DNA from: Chiloscyllium plagiosum
Lineage: Eukaryota
Direction of reading: 5' to 3'
DNA: 56,085 bases
Assembly (NCBI RefSeq): GCF_004010195.1
Contig: NC_057718.1
Location: 3,512,932-3,569,016 of the forward strand
The notes under the pieces were generated by a model that was not told the DNA's origin, did no database searches, and was given only the letters and a program-made list of their open reading frames with translations. Shown here piece after piece: positions 34,692 through 46,833 of the stretch. Each line of letters opens with the position of its first letter. The stretch's first letter is position 1. A program made the position numbers and the translations under genes.

Positions 34692-36365
34692 TGTGTAAGG
34701 TTGTGTGTGGAATCTGAAGACTTAGGGGAAGTGCTTAATGAATGCTTTTTATCAGTATTCACATTAGAAAAGGGCAATGTTAGTGAGAGTGCGGAGATAC
34801 AGGATACAAGATAGTGTGGGATTGAGGTTGACGAGGAGGAGGTTTTAGCAATTTTGGAAGATCTGAAAGTAGATAAGACCCCAGGGCCAAATGAGATTTA
34901 TGATTCTGTGGAAAGCCAGGGAGGAGATTTCAGAGTCTTTGGCTTCGATTGTTATGTCATCATTGTCGACAGGAGTAGTGCCAGAAGACTGGAGGATAGT
35001 AAATGCTGTTCCCTTGTTTAAGAAGGGGAATCAGGACAGTCCTGGTAATTATAGGCCAGTGAGCCTTACTTCGGTTTTGGGTAAGATGTTGGAAGAGGTT
35101 AGAAGAGATAGGGATTATAATCATCTGGAAAGGAATAATTTGATTAAGGATAGTCAACACTGTTTTATGAAGGCTAGGTCGTGCCTCACAAACCTTATTG
35201 AGATCTTCGAGAAGGTAACAAAACAGGTGGGTGAAGATAAAGTGGTAGATGTGTATGTGGACTTCAGTAACGCATTTTATAAGGTTCCACATGGTAGACA
35301 ATTGCACAAAATGTGGACTTTCGGTATTGAAGGTGATTTATCCATTTGGATCAGAAATTGGCGAGCTGAAAGAAGACAGAGGGTGATAGTTAATGGGGAA
35401 TGCTCATCCTGGTATTCAGTTACTCGTGGTGTACTGCAAGGATCTGTTTTAGGGCGACTGCTGTTTGTTATTTTTATAAATGACCTGGATGAGGGTGTAG
35501 AAGGATGGGATAGTAAATTTGCAAATGACACTAAGGTAGGCAGAGATGTGGATAGTGCCGAAGGATGTTGTGGGTTACAGAGGTACATAGATAAGCTGCA
35601 TAGCTGGGCTGGGTAGTTGCAAATGGAGTTTAATGGGAAAAAGTGTAAGGTAGTTCACTTCAAAAGAAATAACAGGAATGCAGAGTACTGGGCTAATGGG
35701 AAAATTCTCAGCAGTGTAGATGAACAGAGAAATCTCAGTGGCCAGTTGCCTAAATCCCTGAAATTTGCCACCAGGTTATTAGGTGTGTTAAGAGGGCAAA
35801 TGGTCTGTTGGCATTCATTGGTAGGAGTATTAAGTTTCTGAGCCATGAGATCATGCTTGAGTGTACAAGACACTGGTAAGGCCACACCTGCAGTATTGCA
35901 TGCAATTCTGATCACAGCATTATAGGAAGGATATGGAAGCTTTGGAAAGGGTTCAGAGGTTTACTAGGATGTTGCCGGGTAGGGAAGGCCTTTACAAGGA
36001 AAGGCTGAGGGAACTGAGGCTGAGAGAAGAAGGACTTAATCACGACGTATAAGATAATCAGAGGATGAAATAGAGTGGACAGTGAGAGCATTTTTCCTCA
36101 GATGGTGAAGGCTAGCATGAGGGGACATACCTTTAAATTGAGAGGTGATAGATTTAGGACAGATATTTACTCAGAAAGTTGGAACGGCCTGCCTGCAACA
36201 GTTGTAGACTTGTCGACGTTAAGGGCATTTAAATTGGAATTGGATATACATAAGGATAATAATGGAACTGTGTAGGTTAGATGGGCATCAGATTATTTTC
36301 ACAGGTCAGTGCAACATTGAGGGCTGAAGGGCCTGTGCTGTGCTGTAATACACTATGTTCTATGT
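34692..36365 (+). mobile_element. CR1-like LINE nested in Gypsy gag (zinc-knuckle region)
   Basis: ORF 34891-35616 has RT motifs; tail ctatgttctatgttt. Confidence 0.92.
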
Positions 36366-36907
36366 TTACACGTCCCACTTTACCACAATGGAAACACCTG
36401 AAGACTTTCACCTCCTTTTCACCCTCTTGGGCTTCTTTTTTCATCCATGGTAAACTATTTCCAGTGTGCTCTAATCTTTGTTATTGTAATATAGGATTTC
36501 CCCTTCTTCCAACTTCTATCCTTCACAGGATAAGTTTTTTGCCAGAAGATAAACTTTGCCTTATGCACCAATGCACACCCATTTGCCATCTCTGCCACTT
36601 TTCTCACTTCCTGAACTTTCTGTTCATCCACATGAAATCTTAACATTTAGGGAAGCATGTTTTTTTTATTCTTCCAGCAGAATAATCTCTCTTAGAGGCT
36701 CATAATTCTTATTTTTAAAGCCTGCACGCATCTATCAAAACTATTACGATTAATTCTTTTGAACTCAACATAAGCTGACCTGGTTCCTTCTTTATGTTTA
36801 TGAACCACTGTTTATATGCTTCTGGTAACAATTCATAAGCATTCAAAATAGTCTGTTTGACATCTGCTTAATCTCTTGACCCCTCATCTGACAGCGCTGC
36901 ATATAAC

Positions 36908-38822
36908 ATTAGAGGATTACAGGCTTACTAGAAAGGAGTTCACGAACGGACTCAGGACAGCCAGGGGTGGGGGTGGGGGGGGGGGGGAGGGGAAAGTCTT
37001 GGCAGGAAGGATTAGGGAGAACCCAAAGGCATTTTACTCGTATGTGAGGAATAAGAGAATGATCATGGAGAAGGTAGGACTGGCCAGGGATAGCATAGGG
37101 AACTTGTGCGTGGTGTTTGAGGAGATACGGGAAGCCCTAAATGAGTTATTTGCTGTGGTTTTCACTAAGGAAAGGAACCTTGTTGTGAATGAGAACTTTG
37201 AGGAGCTGGGAAACAGGCTTGAACAGATTAAGATTGATGTAGTTGATGTGCTGGAAAATTTGGCAAACATTAAGATTGATAATTCCCCAGGGCCAGACCA
37301 GATTTATCCTAGGCTGCTCCGGGAAGTGAGAAAGGAGGTTGCTAAGTTGCTGGTGAAGATCTTTGCTTCCTCACTTTCCGTGGGAGTTGTACTGGAGGAT
37401 TCGAAGGAGGTGAATGTTGTTCCTCTTTTCAAGAAGGGGATTAGGGAAATCCCTGTTAATTACAGACCAGTCAGCCTTCGGTCGGTGGTCAGCAAGGTTC
37501 TGGAAAGAATTCTGAGGGACAGGATTTATGACTATTTGGAAAAGCATAGCATGATTAAAGGCAGTCAGCAAGGCATTGTGAGGGGCAGGTGTTGCCTCAC
37601 AAATCTTATTGAGTTCTTTGAGGAGGTGACAAGACAGATTGACGAAGGTCAAATAGTGGATGTGATGTATATGGACTTCAGAAGGCATTTGGTAAGGTTC
37701 CCCATGATAAGGCCATCATAAAGTCAGGAGGTATGGGATACAGGGAGATTTGGCTATCTGGATTCAGAATTAGTTGGCTGACAGAAGGCAGAGAGTGGTT
37801 GTCGATGGAAAGTATTCTGCTTGGAGGTCAGTGGTGAGTGGTGCCCTGCAGGGCTGTGTTCTTGGGCCTCTGCTCTTTGTAGTTTTTATAAATGACTTGG
37901 ATGAGGAGATTGAGGGGTGGGTAAAAAAATTTGCAGATGACACAAAGGTTGGAAGTGCCGTTGATAGTATAGAGGGCAATTGCCTGCTCCAGCGTTACAT
38001 AGACAGGATGCAGAGCCGGACTGAGAAATGGCAGGTGGAGTTCAACCTGGATAAATGCGAAGTGATGCATTTTGAAAGGTCGAACTTGAATGTTGAATAT
38101 AGGATTAAAGACAGGATTCTTGGTAGTGTGGAGAAACAGAGGGATCTTAGTGTTCAAGTGCATAGATCCCTCAAAGTTGCCACCCAAGTGGATAGGGTTG
38201 TTAAGCAAGCATATAGTGTTTTAGCTTTCATTAATAGGGGGATCGAGTTTAAGAGCCGCGAGATTTTGCTGCAATTCTACAAGACCCTGGTGTGACCACA
38301 CTTGGAATATTGTGTCGAGTTCTGGTTGTCCTATTATAAGAAAGATATGGGGGCTTTGGACAGGGTGCAAAGAAGGTTTTCCAGGATGCTGCCTGGACTG
38401 GAGGGCTTGCCTTATGAAGGAAGGTTGACTAAGCTTGGACTTTTCTCTCTGGAGAGAAGGAGGAAGAGAGGTGACCTGATCGAGTATACAAGGTAATGAG
38501 AGGCATGGATAGAGTCAATAGCCAGAGACTTTCCCCAGGGCAGGATTGAGTGGCACAAGGGGTCATAGTTTTAAGATATTAGGAGGAAGGTATCGAGGAA
38601 ACATCAGAGGTAGGTTCTAAACACAAAGAGTTGTGAATGCATGGAATGGGATGCCAGTGGTGGTGGTCGAAGCAGAGTCATTAGGGACATTTAAGTGACT
38701 GCTGGACATACACATGGAATTGAGGGGTGTGCAGGTTAGGTTATTTTATTTTAGATTAGGAATAATCCTTGGCACGACATTGTGGGCCTAAGGGCCTATT
38801 CTGTCTGAACTTTTCTATGTTC
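36908..38822 (+). mobile_element. CR1-like LINE nested in Gypsy gag
   Basis: ORFs 36876-38496 have RT motifs (KFADDTK); tail ttctatgttc; possible TSD TATAAC (36902-36907, 38823-38828). Confidence 0.92.
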
Positions 38823-39836
38823 TATAACTCACTCACTCTGCCAACCAGATTAGTCTGAACTAGCATTACAAAGTTCTGTGACCACTTCATCTGCCTAGCT
38901 ATTTTTTCAATTGAAATAAAAAAGGCTTCAATATCTTTCTCATCAAAATGTGGCGATATCGTAACATATTTGTATATATTACCAACTTCTCTCTTCAACT
39001 CTATCCTGTTAACTTGACTTTCCTGACTTATTAGGCAAAAGTGAGGACTGCAGATGCTGGAGATCAGACTCAAGGTTAGAGTGGTGGTGGAAAAGCACAG
39101 CAGGTCTGGCAGCATCCAAGGAGCAGGCAAATCGACGTTTCGGGCAAAAACCCTTCATCAGGAAGAGTTTTTGCCTGAAACATCGATTTTCCTGCTCCTC
39201 GGATGCAGCCTTTCCAGACTTATTCGCAGCTTCTGAAGTTCAAATTCTCTCTCCTTTCTCTCTCTCTTTCTTCTCTCTCTCTATCTCTCTTTCTTTGCCT
39301 TCTCTCTCTTTCTTTGCTCAGCGAAGAACTATCTCTCGCTTTCTTTTTCTTCTCTCTCCCTTTTTTTCTCTCATGGTCTTCTTTCCATTTCTTTATCTTC
39401 TAACTTCATTTGCCTGAATTTCAATTTGAGTTTTTCTAACTCTCCTGCACTTGTCTGTTTCATTGATACATTGAAGAGCTTGACTAATCCATCACACTTT
39501 CAGCTTTCCTTTGTCCCTGGTTAAACCTAATTCTAACCTCTTTGCTAATTCGAAAAGAATGCCCTTCCTCTATCTTTCTAAAGTTTCTTGGCAAGTTTGA
39601 GAAGCATCTTCAAACTTCAGAACTTCTTTCACAATCTTAAGAGCCATTTCTCTCAATTTTATTTTAAGTGACTTCAGGTAATTGAAATTAAACGAATTGT
39701 CTCACCTGAGTTTTATTTCAAGATCTCGGACACTCATCAGTAAGTGTTTAAGTCTGCTGGGATCTTTCGTAGCCCAAATCTCGTCAAATCTGGATCTGTC
39801 TAAACCTGTTCAAATCTCAGAGCCGAGCTCCCAAAC

Positions 39837-40545
39837 TGTTACAACATGGTAGTGAGCTCATTTGTTGATAAAACCAATCATCCAGAAAAGCTTACTTTGT
39901 CGTGTAATCTGTTAAAATATGAGTGACAGAGAACTCCCAACTTCCACTATTTAAAGAAAATAACTCTAAAAGTGTATATTAAGCAACAAATATTCATAAC
40001 TCTATTCCCCTTTCTCTTACAGATAATTATCTGCCTCCAACTCTATAACCATATACTGTTCCAATAAGACACTTATTAAAATTACATCTACTTGACTTCA
40101 AAACCACACAGCCGCTGGCTTCTTTGGTGCCTGTCTTCCTCCAGCTGAAGATTTCCCTGGGTCATCTCTTTCTTTTTGTTGCACATATGCTTCCGATGAA
40201 TAGGTATCTTCAGTAGAGTGTGTTTCCTAATTTCTTGGATCTGTGTTGATGGCAGTTGCTCAGTCTCTAATTTTCAAAATGCCTGCCTTTTATTATGTCC
40301 CCAATATTAGATTGTTTCAGTGGTTCAGGGTCATCAAAACAGTAAATTCAAACTCAATTGGGTTTTACTATCGTGGAGCATAATTTAAACTGATTGGTTA
40401 AATTCAAATTGTTGTCAAAATGCCAACTAACTCAGGTATCCAGTTCACAGCCAAATGTTACATATTAACAATTTTCCAGACTCTCAGGGCAGAACAGCAT
40501 TCATTCTCACTTAAAGATGCAGTACGCACCTTCAACTTCACAACA
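39837..40545 (-). repeat. 5' LTR of the Gypsy element
   Basis: TGTT...AACA termini, adjacent PBS, homology to 30001-30648. Confidence 0.88.
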
Positions 40546-41471
40546 CCACTGACAACAAAATTGCTCTCAAAGTGTTGCACAAAATGTATATTTCTTAAAA
40601 TCCAACAGAGGCAACAAATGAAACGTCAGGAGGGACAACAGATATTTTGGCCAAAATGTTGGGTTTTGAAAGATTTGGAAGTTGGAGAGCAATATAATTA
40701 GGGGAACAGGTTTGAGAGAAGAGCCTCAGGCAACTGAAGACAGTTGGAAGTTAGGAAGTGGATGAGAATCAAGCATTGGAGCAGCAAAGAACTGTAGGTT
40801 TTAGATCTGAACAAAGTTATAGAGATTGGCTAGGGCAAAACTATGCAGAAATTGGAATCTGAGAACAGAAGATCAATTCAGTGAATTGGGAGCCAGTGAG
40901 ACAGTAAATGGATGAGCAGGATCCAAGCTCAACAATGTGAGCTGGGAGCTGGACTGGATGGATTTGAACAGATCGTTTTGAGAGCATTAGGATTGGATAT
41001 TCGATGAAGAATCAGCAGCAGCAGCAGTAGCAGGGAGTACAAATGGATCTGGGGGAGCTTTTTGAGGAGGGTTTTGATAACAGTGAATTTGAAGAAACCT
41101 CGATCTGTGTAAGCTGCATGATAAAGGATGAAGGAAGCTCAGGGAGATTGTGGAGAAGAAATAAACAGGGACTGAGTCATTAGGAAATAGGAAGGCAGTG
41201 TGAGGAGAAAACTGGGAGGATTCTGCAGTCACTGGGGATCAGGGAGGGAGAAGCAACAAGTTTGAGAATGAGGAGAAAGTGGCAGAGGCAGCTGAATTTT
41301 ACATCTTAATCTTCAAAATAAAGTAATCCCTGAGTCTTCCAGATCAGGCTGCTTGATAATAGGTTGAAAAATTACCCAAGGTAACATGAACTAATATGTT
41401 TTTATTAAGTATTAAAAACATTTCACAGGCTTCAGACTAATTTTAATTTATTCACACATTTTCTCTTAAAG

Positions 41472-41815
41472 ATGCAAATGTCCCAGTCCTTCTCCAGTCT
41501 CTGAGCCTGGAACATGTCACCGAGGGTCACATGCCCAGTTACAGTGCACCATCACGAATGCCGCACTGGCACAGACAGATTTTCACTGATACCGGGAGCA
41601 ACCAGGAAATAACACGGAGTGGGTTTTAGCACATGACATGAGAACCATCACAAGATGGAGCATAGTGTTCCCTGAGAGATTCCAATCTTCCAGAGACCCT
41701 TCCAATGAGACCTTCATTCTGACCATCAAAAACGTACAGCCCAGTGACACTGTGGTCTATTACTATAAAGTGTGGGGAGATATCAGTGGGAATGGATCCC
41801 AGCTGACTGTAACAG
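41472..41815 (+). pseudogene. Disabled paralog of the type-'b' VJ exon (4070-4414)
   Basis: Aligns along its length with 4070-4414, including about 150 nt of upstream intron (about 3915-4069 vs 41317-41471). Lesions: 1-nt deletion at 41531/41532, Trp to TGA at 41587-41589, second Cys to Tyr (TAT 41764-41766), donor GT to AT at 41816-41817. Confidence 0.92.
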
Positions 41816-42059
41816 ATAAGTATATGAGAATGTATTTCATAAAAGATTGCATCAAAATCGTGAACTCAGTAACTGTACTCCCAGTGGAGTGGAGACAGGA
41901 CTGGAGACGTAGGGTTGTGATGTTGTCAGCATGTAGATGACCCATAGTTCACGGAAGTGGGAACTCTCCCTAGGAGCATGTCATTGCAGAATTCATCTTT
42001 CACAATTTCACCTCGGATCGGAATCGACCAGCTTCCCAAACTCAATGGAAATACTTTTT

Positions 42060-44725
42060 TTAAATATTAATTAACGCATAGGATTTGGATCTCACTGGCT
42101 GGATCAGCATTTATTGTCTGTCCCTAGTTGCCTATGACAACATGATGCTGAGCTGCCATCTTGAACCCTTGCAGTCCATGTGCTGTGGGGAGACCCACAA
42201 TGACCTTTGGGAGGGAATTGCAGGATTTTGACCCAGTGAAACTGAAGGAACTGCAATATATTTCCAAGTCACGATGGTGAGTGACTCGGAGGAGACCTTG
42301 GAACTGGTGGTGTTCCCATGTATCTACTGCCCTTATCTTTCTATATAGAAGTGGTTGTGGGTTAGGAAGGTGCTGTGTTAGCATATTTGTGAATTTCTGC
42401 AGTGCATCTTGTGAATAGTACATACTGCTGCTGCTGCTGAGTATTGGTGGTGGTGGGACTGGATGCTAGTGGAAGTGGTATCAATAATGCAGGCTGCTTT
42501 GTCTTGGATGGTCTGTTACTAGTCTTGTGTTTATGAAATTTCTGAGAAATCTGCAAATTTAGAAATCATCGCTCATTTGCCCAAATCCATGATAAATAGA
42601 ATCATAGAATTTTATGGTGCAGGAAGAGGGCATTCGATTCTTCTTTACCCTGTTAAAATTGTTCATAATTTTGTACATCTCAATGAGGTGACCTCTAATC
42701 TTTTCTGCTCCGAGGAGAATAAACCCAATCTCTCTACTCGTTCATTGCATTGAAAATCCCTCATTCCTAATACCATTCCAGTAACACCTTTCCTTAAACA
42801 AATTGCCCAGAACTGAACAAAACACTCCAAATGTGGCCTGACCAATGATTTGTAGGGGTATAGTATTACTTCCTTCCTTTTTCCCATGTGCTTCTATTTA
42901 TAAATCCAAGGATCCTATTAGTCTTCTGAACAACTGCTTGAACTTGCTTGGCCACCTTCAGAGGACCATGCATTGAATGCCAAGGTCCCTCTGCTCCTGT
43001 ACTCCCCTCAACATTGTACCATTGAGCCTGTATTATCTCTCCGTTCTTCCCAGACAGAAATACATTACCTCCCATTTCTCTCCACTTAGCTTCATCTGCC
43101 AGATGTCTGCCCATTGGACCAACTGAACAAGGTCCCTATGAATTTGCTCAGCATCATCCTTTTAATTCGCTATTTTCTCTACCTCAATATCTGGGACACC
43201 ACAGAGTCACAGCTCTCCACACACACACCTTGCATCACAACGTGAGATTCCATTGCAAATTCTTATCAGCATTGTCCCAGTCTTTCAATAGCATTTTAAG
43301 AGCAAGAGCATGAATAAACTAAAATAATATTTTTAAACAGAGCCTTTCAGAACCTCAAGAAGTCACAACATAATTTACAGCTAATGACATGTATTAGTTT
43401 CATGGAAAAAAACACATGGGAAGATCTCACAAACATGATCTAATCAAGCAGAGTCAACAAGGGCTTTGCATAAAGGGAAATCAGGTCTTACTAATTTATC
43501 AGAGATTTTTGAACAAGTCACAATGAGGATGGATCGATGGTAACCAGTAGATGTGTTGTATTCGGACTTCCAGAAGGCATTTGACAAAGTACCTCCCAAA
43601 AGGTGAAGTCATCAGAGAACAGCCGATGGTGGTGGACATTGGCGAGGATAGAGAATTGGCAAATGAGCAGAAAACAGCGAGTGGGGAGAGGGCTTTTTTG
43701 TCAGATTGATGACCCATGACCAGTGGGGATTTCACAGGCATCAGTGCAGGGAACACGACTGTTTACAATATATATGAATGACTGGGCAGATGGAAATGCA
43801 TCTACTTTAGCCAAATTCTAAATGACAGAAAAAATATGTGGAAAGGCATTTTGATAGAGGGATATAAACAGTTTACAGAGAGATATTGTTTGGTTAAATA
43901 AGTGGGAAAAAGGTAAATGGAGTAACATGCAGGGAAATGGGAAGCTGTTCATTTTTGAAGGGACAACAAAAGAACAGAATATTACTTACATCAAGAGAAA
44001 TTGCAGAAAGCTGCAACACAAAGGGAATGGGAGGATCTAGTGTGTGAACACAGAAAGCAGGTAATCAGGAAAGCTAATGGAATGTTGGCCGTCAATTCAA
44101 CGGGGGTGGGGGGGGGGGTGGAGTATGAGAGTCAGGAAGTTTTACTGCAATTTTTAGGTGCTGTGGAGTCCACATGAACAGTAGTATCAACAGTTTTGAT
44201 TCCCTTATTCCTGAAAAGTTATCACTTCATTGGAGACAGTTCAGTGCAATTACACTGAGGTGATCATTTGTTTGAAGGGATTGTCATTTGAGCAAAGGCT
44301 AAACAGGTTGGGTTTCCCCTCACTGGAGTTTAGAAGAATGAGAGGTGATCTCATTGAAACATACAGGATTCATGAGGTGCCTGATGGGGTCAATGCTGAG
44401 AGGATGTTTCCCCTCAGAGGGAGAGTCTAGGACCACAGGGCATCATCTCAGAATGAAGGGACGCCAACTTAAGACTGAGATAAGGAGGAATTTCTTCTCT
44501 CAGAGGGTTCTGAATCTTTAGAATGTCTTGTCAAAGGGGACTGTGGGGGCAGAGATCTTGCATAAAATTCAGGCTGAGAGAGTTGGATTCTTAATCAGTC
44601 AGGGAAATCCAGGGGGAGTATGAGGACAACATAGGAGAGTAGATGTGAGGAATGTCACATCAGCCGTGATTCTAATGATGGTGGAATAGGCTTGAGGAGT
44701 TGAATGGCCTACATCTATTCCTATT
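42060..44725. mobile_element. LINE fragments: minus about 42060-42530 and 42595-43150, plus about 43400-44725
   Basis: YKSLVRPHLECFVQFW, LEFRRMRGDLIETYRI, gacttccagaaggcatttgacaaagtacc (DFQKAFDKV). Confidence 0.8.
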
Positions 44726-45172
44726 TCTAACAAACAGCATCGAAAGGAATAGCACCATCATCTGCTTCGGAAATACATATTTCCTGAAGACTGGGTGAAC
44801 TCCTGTGTTAACCCTTGAATGGTACCCTGGGATATTTCACATCCTCCTGTAAGGACAGACTTGGTTTAACACCTCAGGTCAGTGCTGCCTGTTCCAAACA
44901 CACTGCCTTAGTGCTGCTCTGGATGGCCCCAATGTCTGCTCAAACCTCTGGAGGGGGAGGCAATCCCAACACCTTCTGCCTCAGAGACAGAGAGCTCCCA
45001 ATAAACCACAGCTGACAGACTGCACCCTGTTGAGTAGCACTGTTTCTAGTCCCTCACTTTAGAAAGTAATGCATTAAACATCAGGTGACTGTCAACATTT
45101 TTGATATATTCCGAAGATTTGAAAGATGAAGTAATAGCTCTGTGTTAGCTCCATCATTTTCCCACATCACAG

Positions 45173-45512
45173 ACCCATTGGCTGATCCAGTCCTCATTCA
45201 GGATCCAGTGGTCAGCAAGGTACCAGAGGGTGAAACTGTCAAGTTCCAGTGTGCCATGCATAATGCCAGTGTGATTGACACTGATGTCCACTGGCACTAC
45301 CAGCGACCTGGCAGCAACAGGGAGTGGGTGATAAGCCACTTTGTGACTGGTACCCTCGTCAAGGCCCAGGGTTTCCACGATCGGGTTCAGCTTTCCAGGA
45401 ATGTCCACAGGAGCAGTTACAGTCAGAGCCTTGTGAATGTGACTCTCAATGATACTGCTGGGTACAACTGTAGTGTGTGGGGTTACATCTATGGAGCAGG
45501 GAAATGTAACTG
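45173..45512 (+). pseudogene. VJ Ig-domain exon (type-'a'-like) with a frameshifting deletion in the J-like segment
   Basis: Acceptor ttttcccacatcacag|AC. Open V domain DPLADPVLIQDPVVSKVPEGETVKFQC...DVHWHYQRP...RVQLSRNVHRSSY...DTAGYNCSVWGYIYGAG, then A-AAT-GTA-ACT-G|gtaagt. It lacks 8 nt relative to GGG ACC CGG CTG AAT GTG ACC of exon 45-395; 340 nt is not a multiple of 3. Confidence 0.8.
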
Positions 45513-45764
45513 GTAAGTAAATGGGAGGGAACACAGGCAACTGCACAGAACCAACTGGGAACTGTGTTACCTTCACACTGTAGAGCAGACAAGTGGAATT
45601 GTATTATTTCATCCAACATGTTTCATGTAGGGGCACAGAATGGGCAGTGGGAATGTTAGTTCCAGAGGCAAAATACAAAGATTGTTATTGTGGAAATACG
45701 AGAATGGATTGATAGTTTTTCTATCATCCCATGGATATGGTTGTGACTGGGCTAGAACAGTATT

Positions 45765-46833
45765 ACTGGCTCAAAGGTAGAAGACAGAGGGTGGTAGTGG
45801 AGGGTTGTTTTTCAAACTGGAGGCCTATGACCAGTGGAGTGCCACAAGCATCCGTGCTGGGTCCTCTACTTTTTATCATTTACATAAATGATTTAGATGC
45901 GAGCATAAGAGGATAGTTAGTAAGTTTGCAGATGACACTAAAATTGGAGGTGTAGTGGACAGCGAAGAGGGTTACCTCAGAATACAACAGAATCTTGACC
46001 AAATGGGCCAGTGGGCTGAGATGTGGCAGATGGAGTTTAAATCAGATAAATGTGAGGTGCTGCATTTTGGGAAAGCAAATCTTAGCAGGACTTATACACT
46101 TAATGGTAAGGTCCTAGGGAGTGTTGCTGAACAAAGAGACCTTGGAGTGCAGATTCATAGCTACTTGAAAGTGGAATCGCAGGTAGATAGGATAGTGAAG
46201 AAGGCATTTGGTATGCTTTCCTTTATTGGTCAGAGTATTAAGTACAGGAGTTGGAAGGTCATGATGTAGCTGTACAGGACATTGGTTAGGTCACTGTTGG
46301 AATATTGCGTGCAATTCTCATTTCCTTCCTGTGGGAAAGAAGTTGTGAAACTTCAAAGGTTTCAGAAAAGATTTACAAGGATGTTGCCAGGGTTAGAGGA
46401 TTTGAGCTACAGGGAGAGGCTGAGCATGCTGGGGCTGTTTTCCCTGGAGTGTCAGAGGCGGAGGGGTGACCTTATATGAGGGGCCTGGATAGGATAAATA
46501 GGCAAAGTCTTTTCCGTGGGGTTGGGGAGTCCAGAACTAGAGGGCATAGGTTTAGGTAAGAGGGGAAAGATATAAAAGACCTAAGGGGCAATGTTTTCAC
46601 ACAGAGTTTGGTACGTGTATGGAATGAGCTGCCAGAGGAAGTGATGGAGGTTGGTACAATTGCAACATTTAAGAGGCATTTGGATGGGTATATGAACAGG
46701 AAGGGTTTGGAGGAATATGGGTCAGGTGTTGGCAGGTGGGACTAGACTGGGTTGGGATATCTGGTCGGCATGGATGAGTTGGACCGAAGGGTCTGTTTCC
46801 ATGCTGTGCATCTCTATGATTCTCTGACTCTAT
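45765..46833 (+). mobile_element. CR1-like LINE 3' part (same subfamily as 8050-9365)
   Basis: [27 protein letters not shown]; tail tctatgattctctgactctatag. Confidence 0.92.

Larger units (their letters stand above)
29994..40545 (-). mobile_element. Full-length degenerate Ty3/Gypsy LTR retrotransposon, Gmr1-like domain order (gag-PR-INT-RT-RH)
   Basis: LTRs 29994-30648 and 39837-40545; CCAC TSD at 29990-29993 and 40546-40549; PBS-like TGGGAGCTCGGCTCTGAGA at about 39815-39833; purine tract next to 30649. Integrase HHCC (GGHRC..HFYWPGM..CHTCQ, 33448-33729) and core (IDYVGPLPKT; FTPFELIF) lie upstream of RT (FCVDYRKVN, DLLCGYWQV, MPFGMKNAP, VYLDN; about 31567-31967). Confidence 0.92.
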
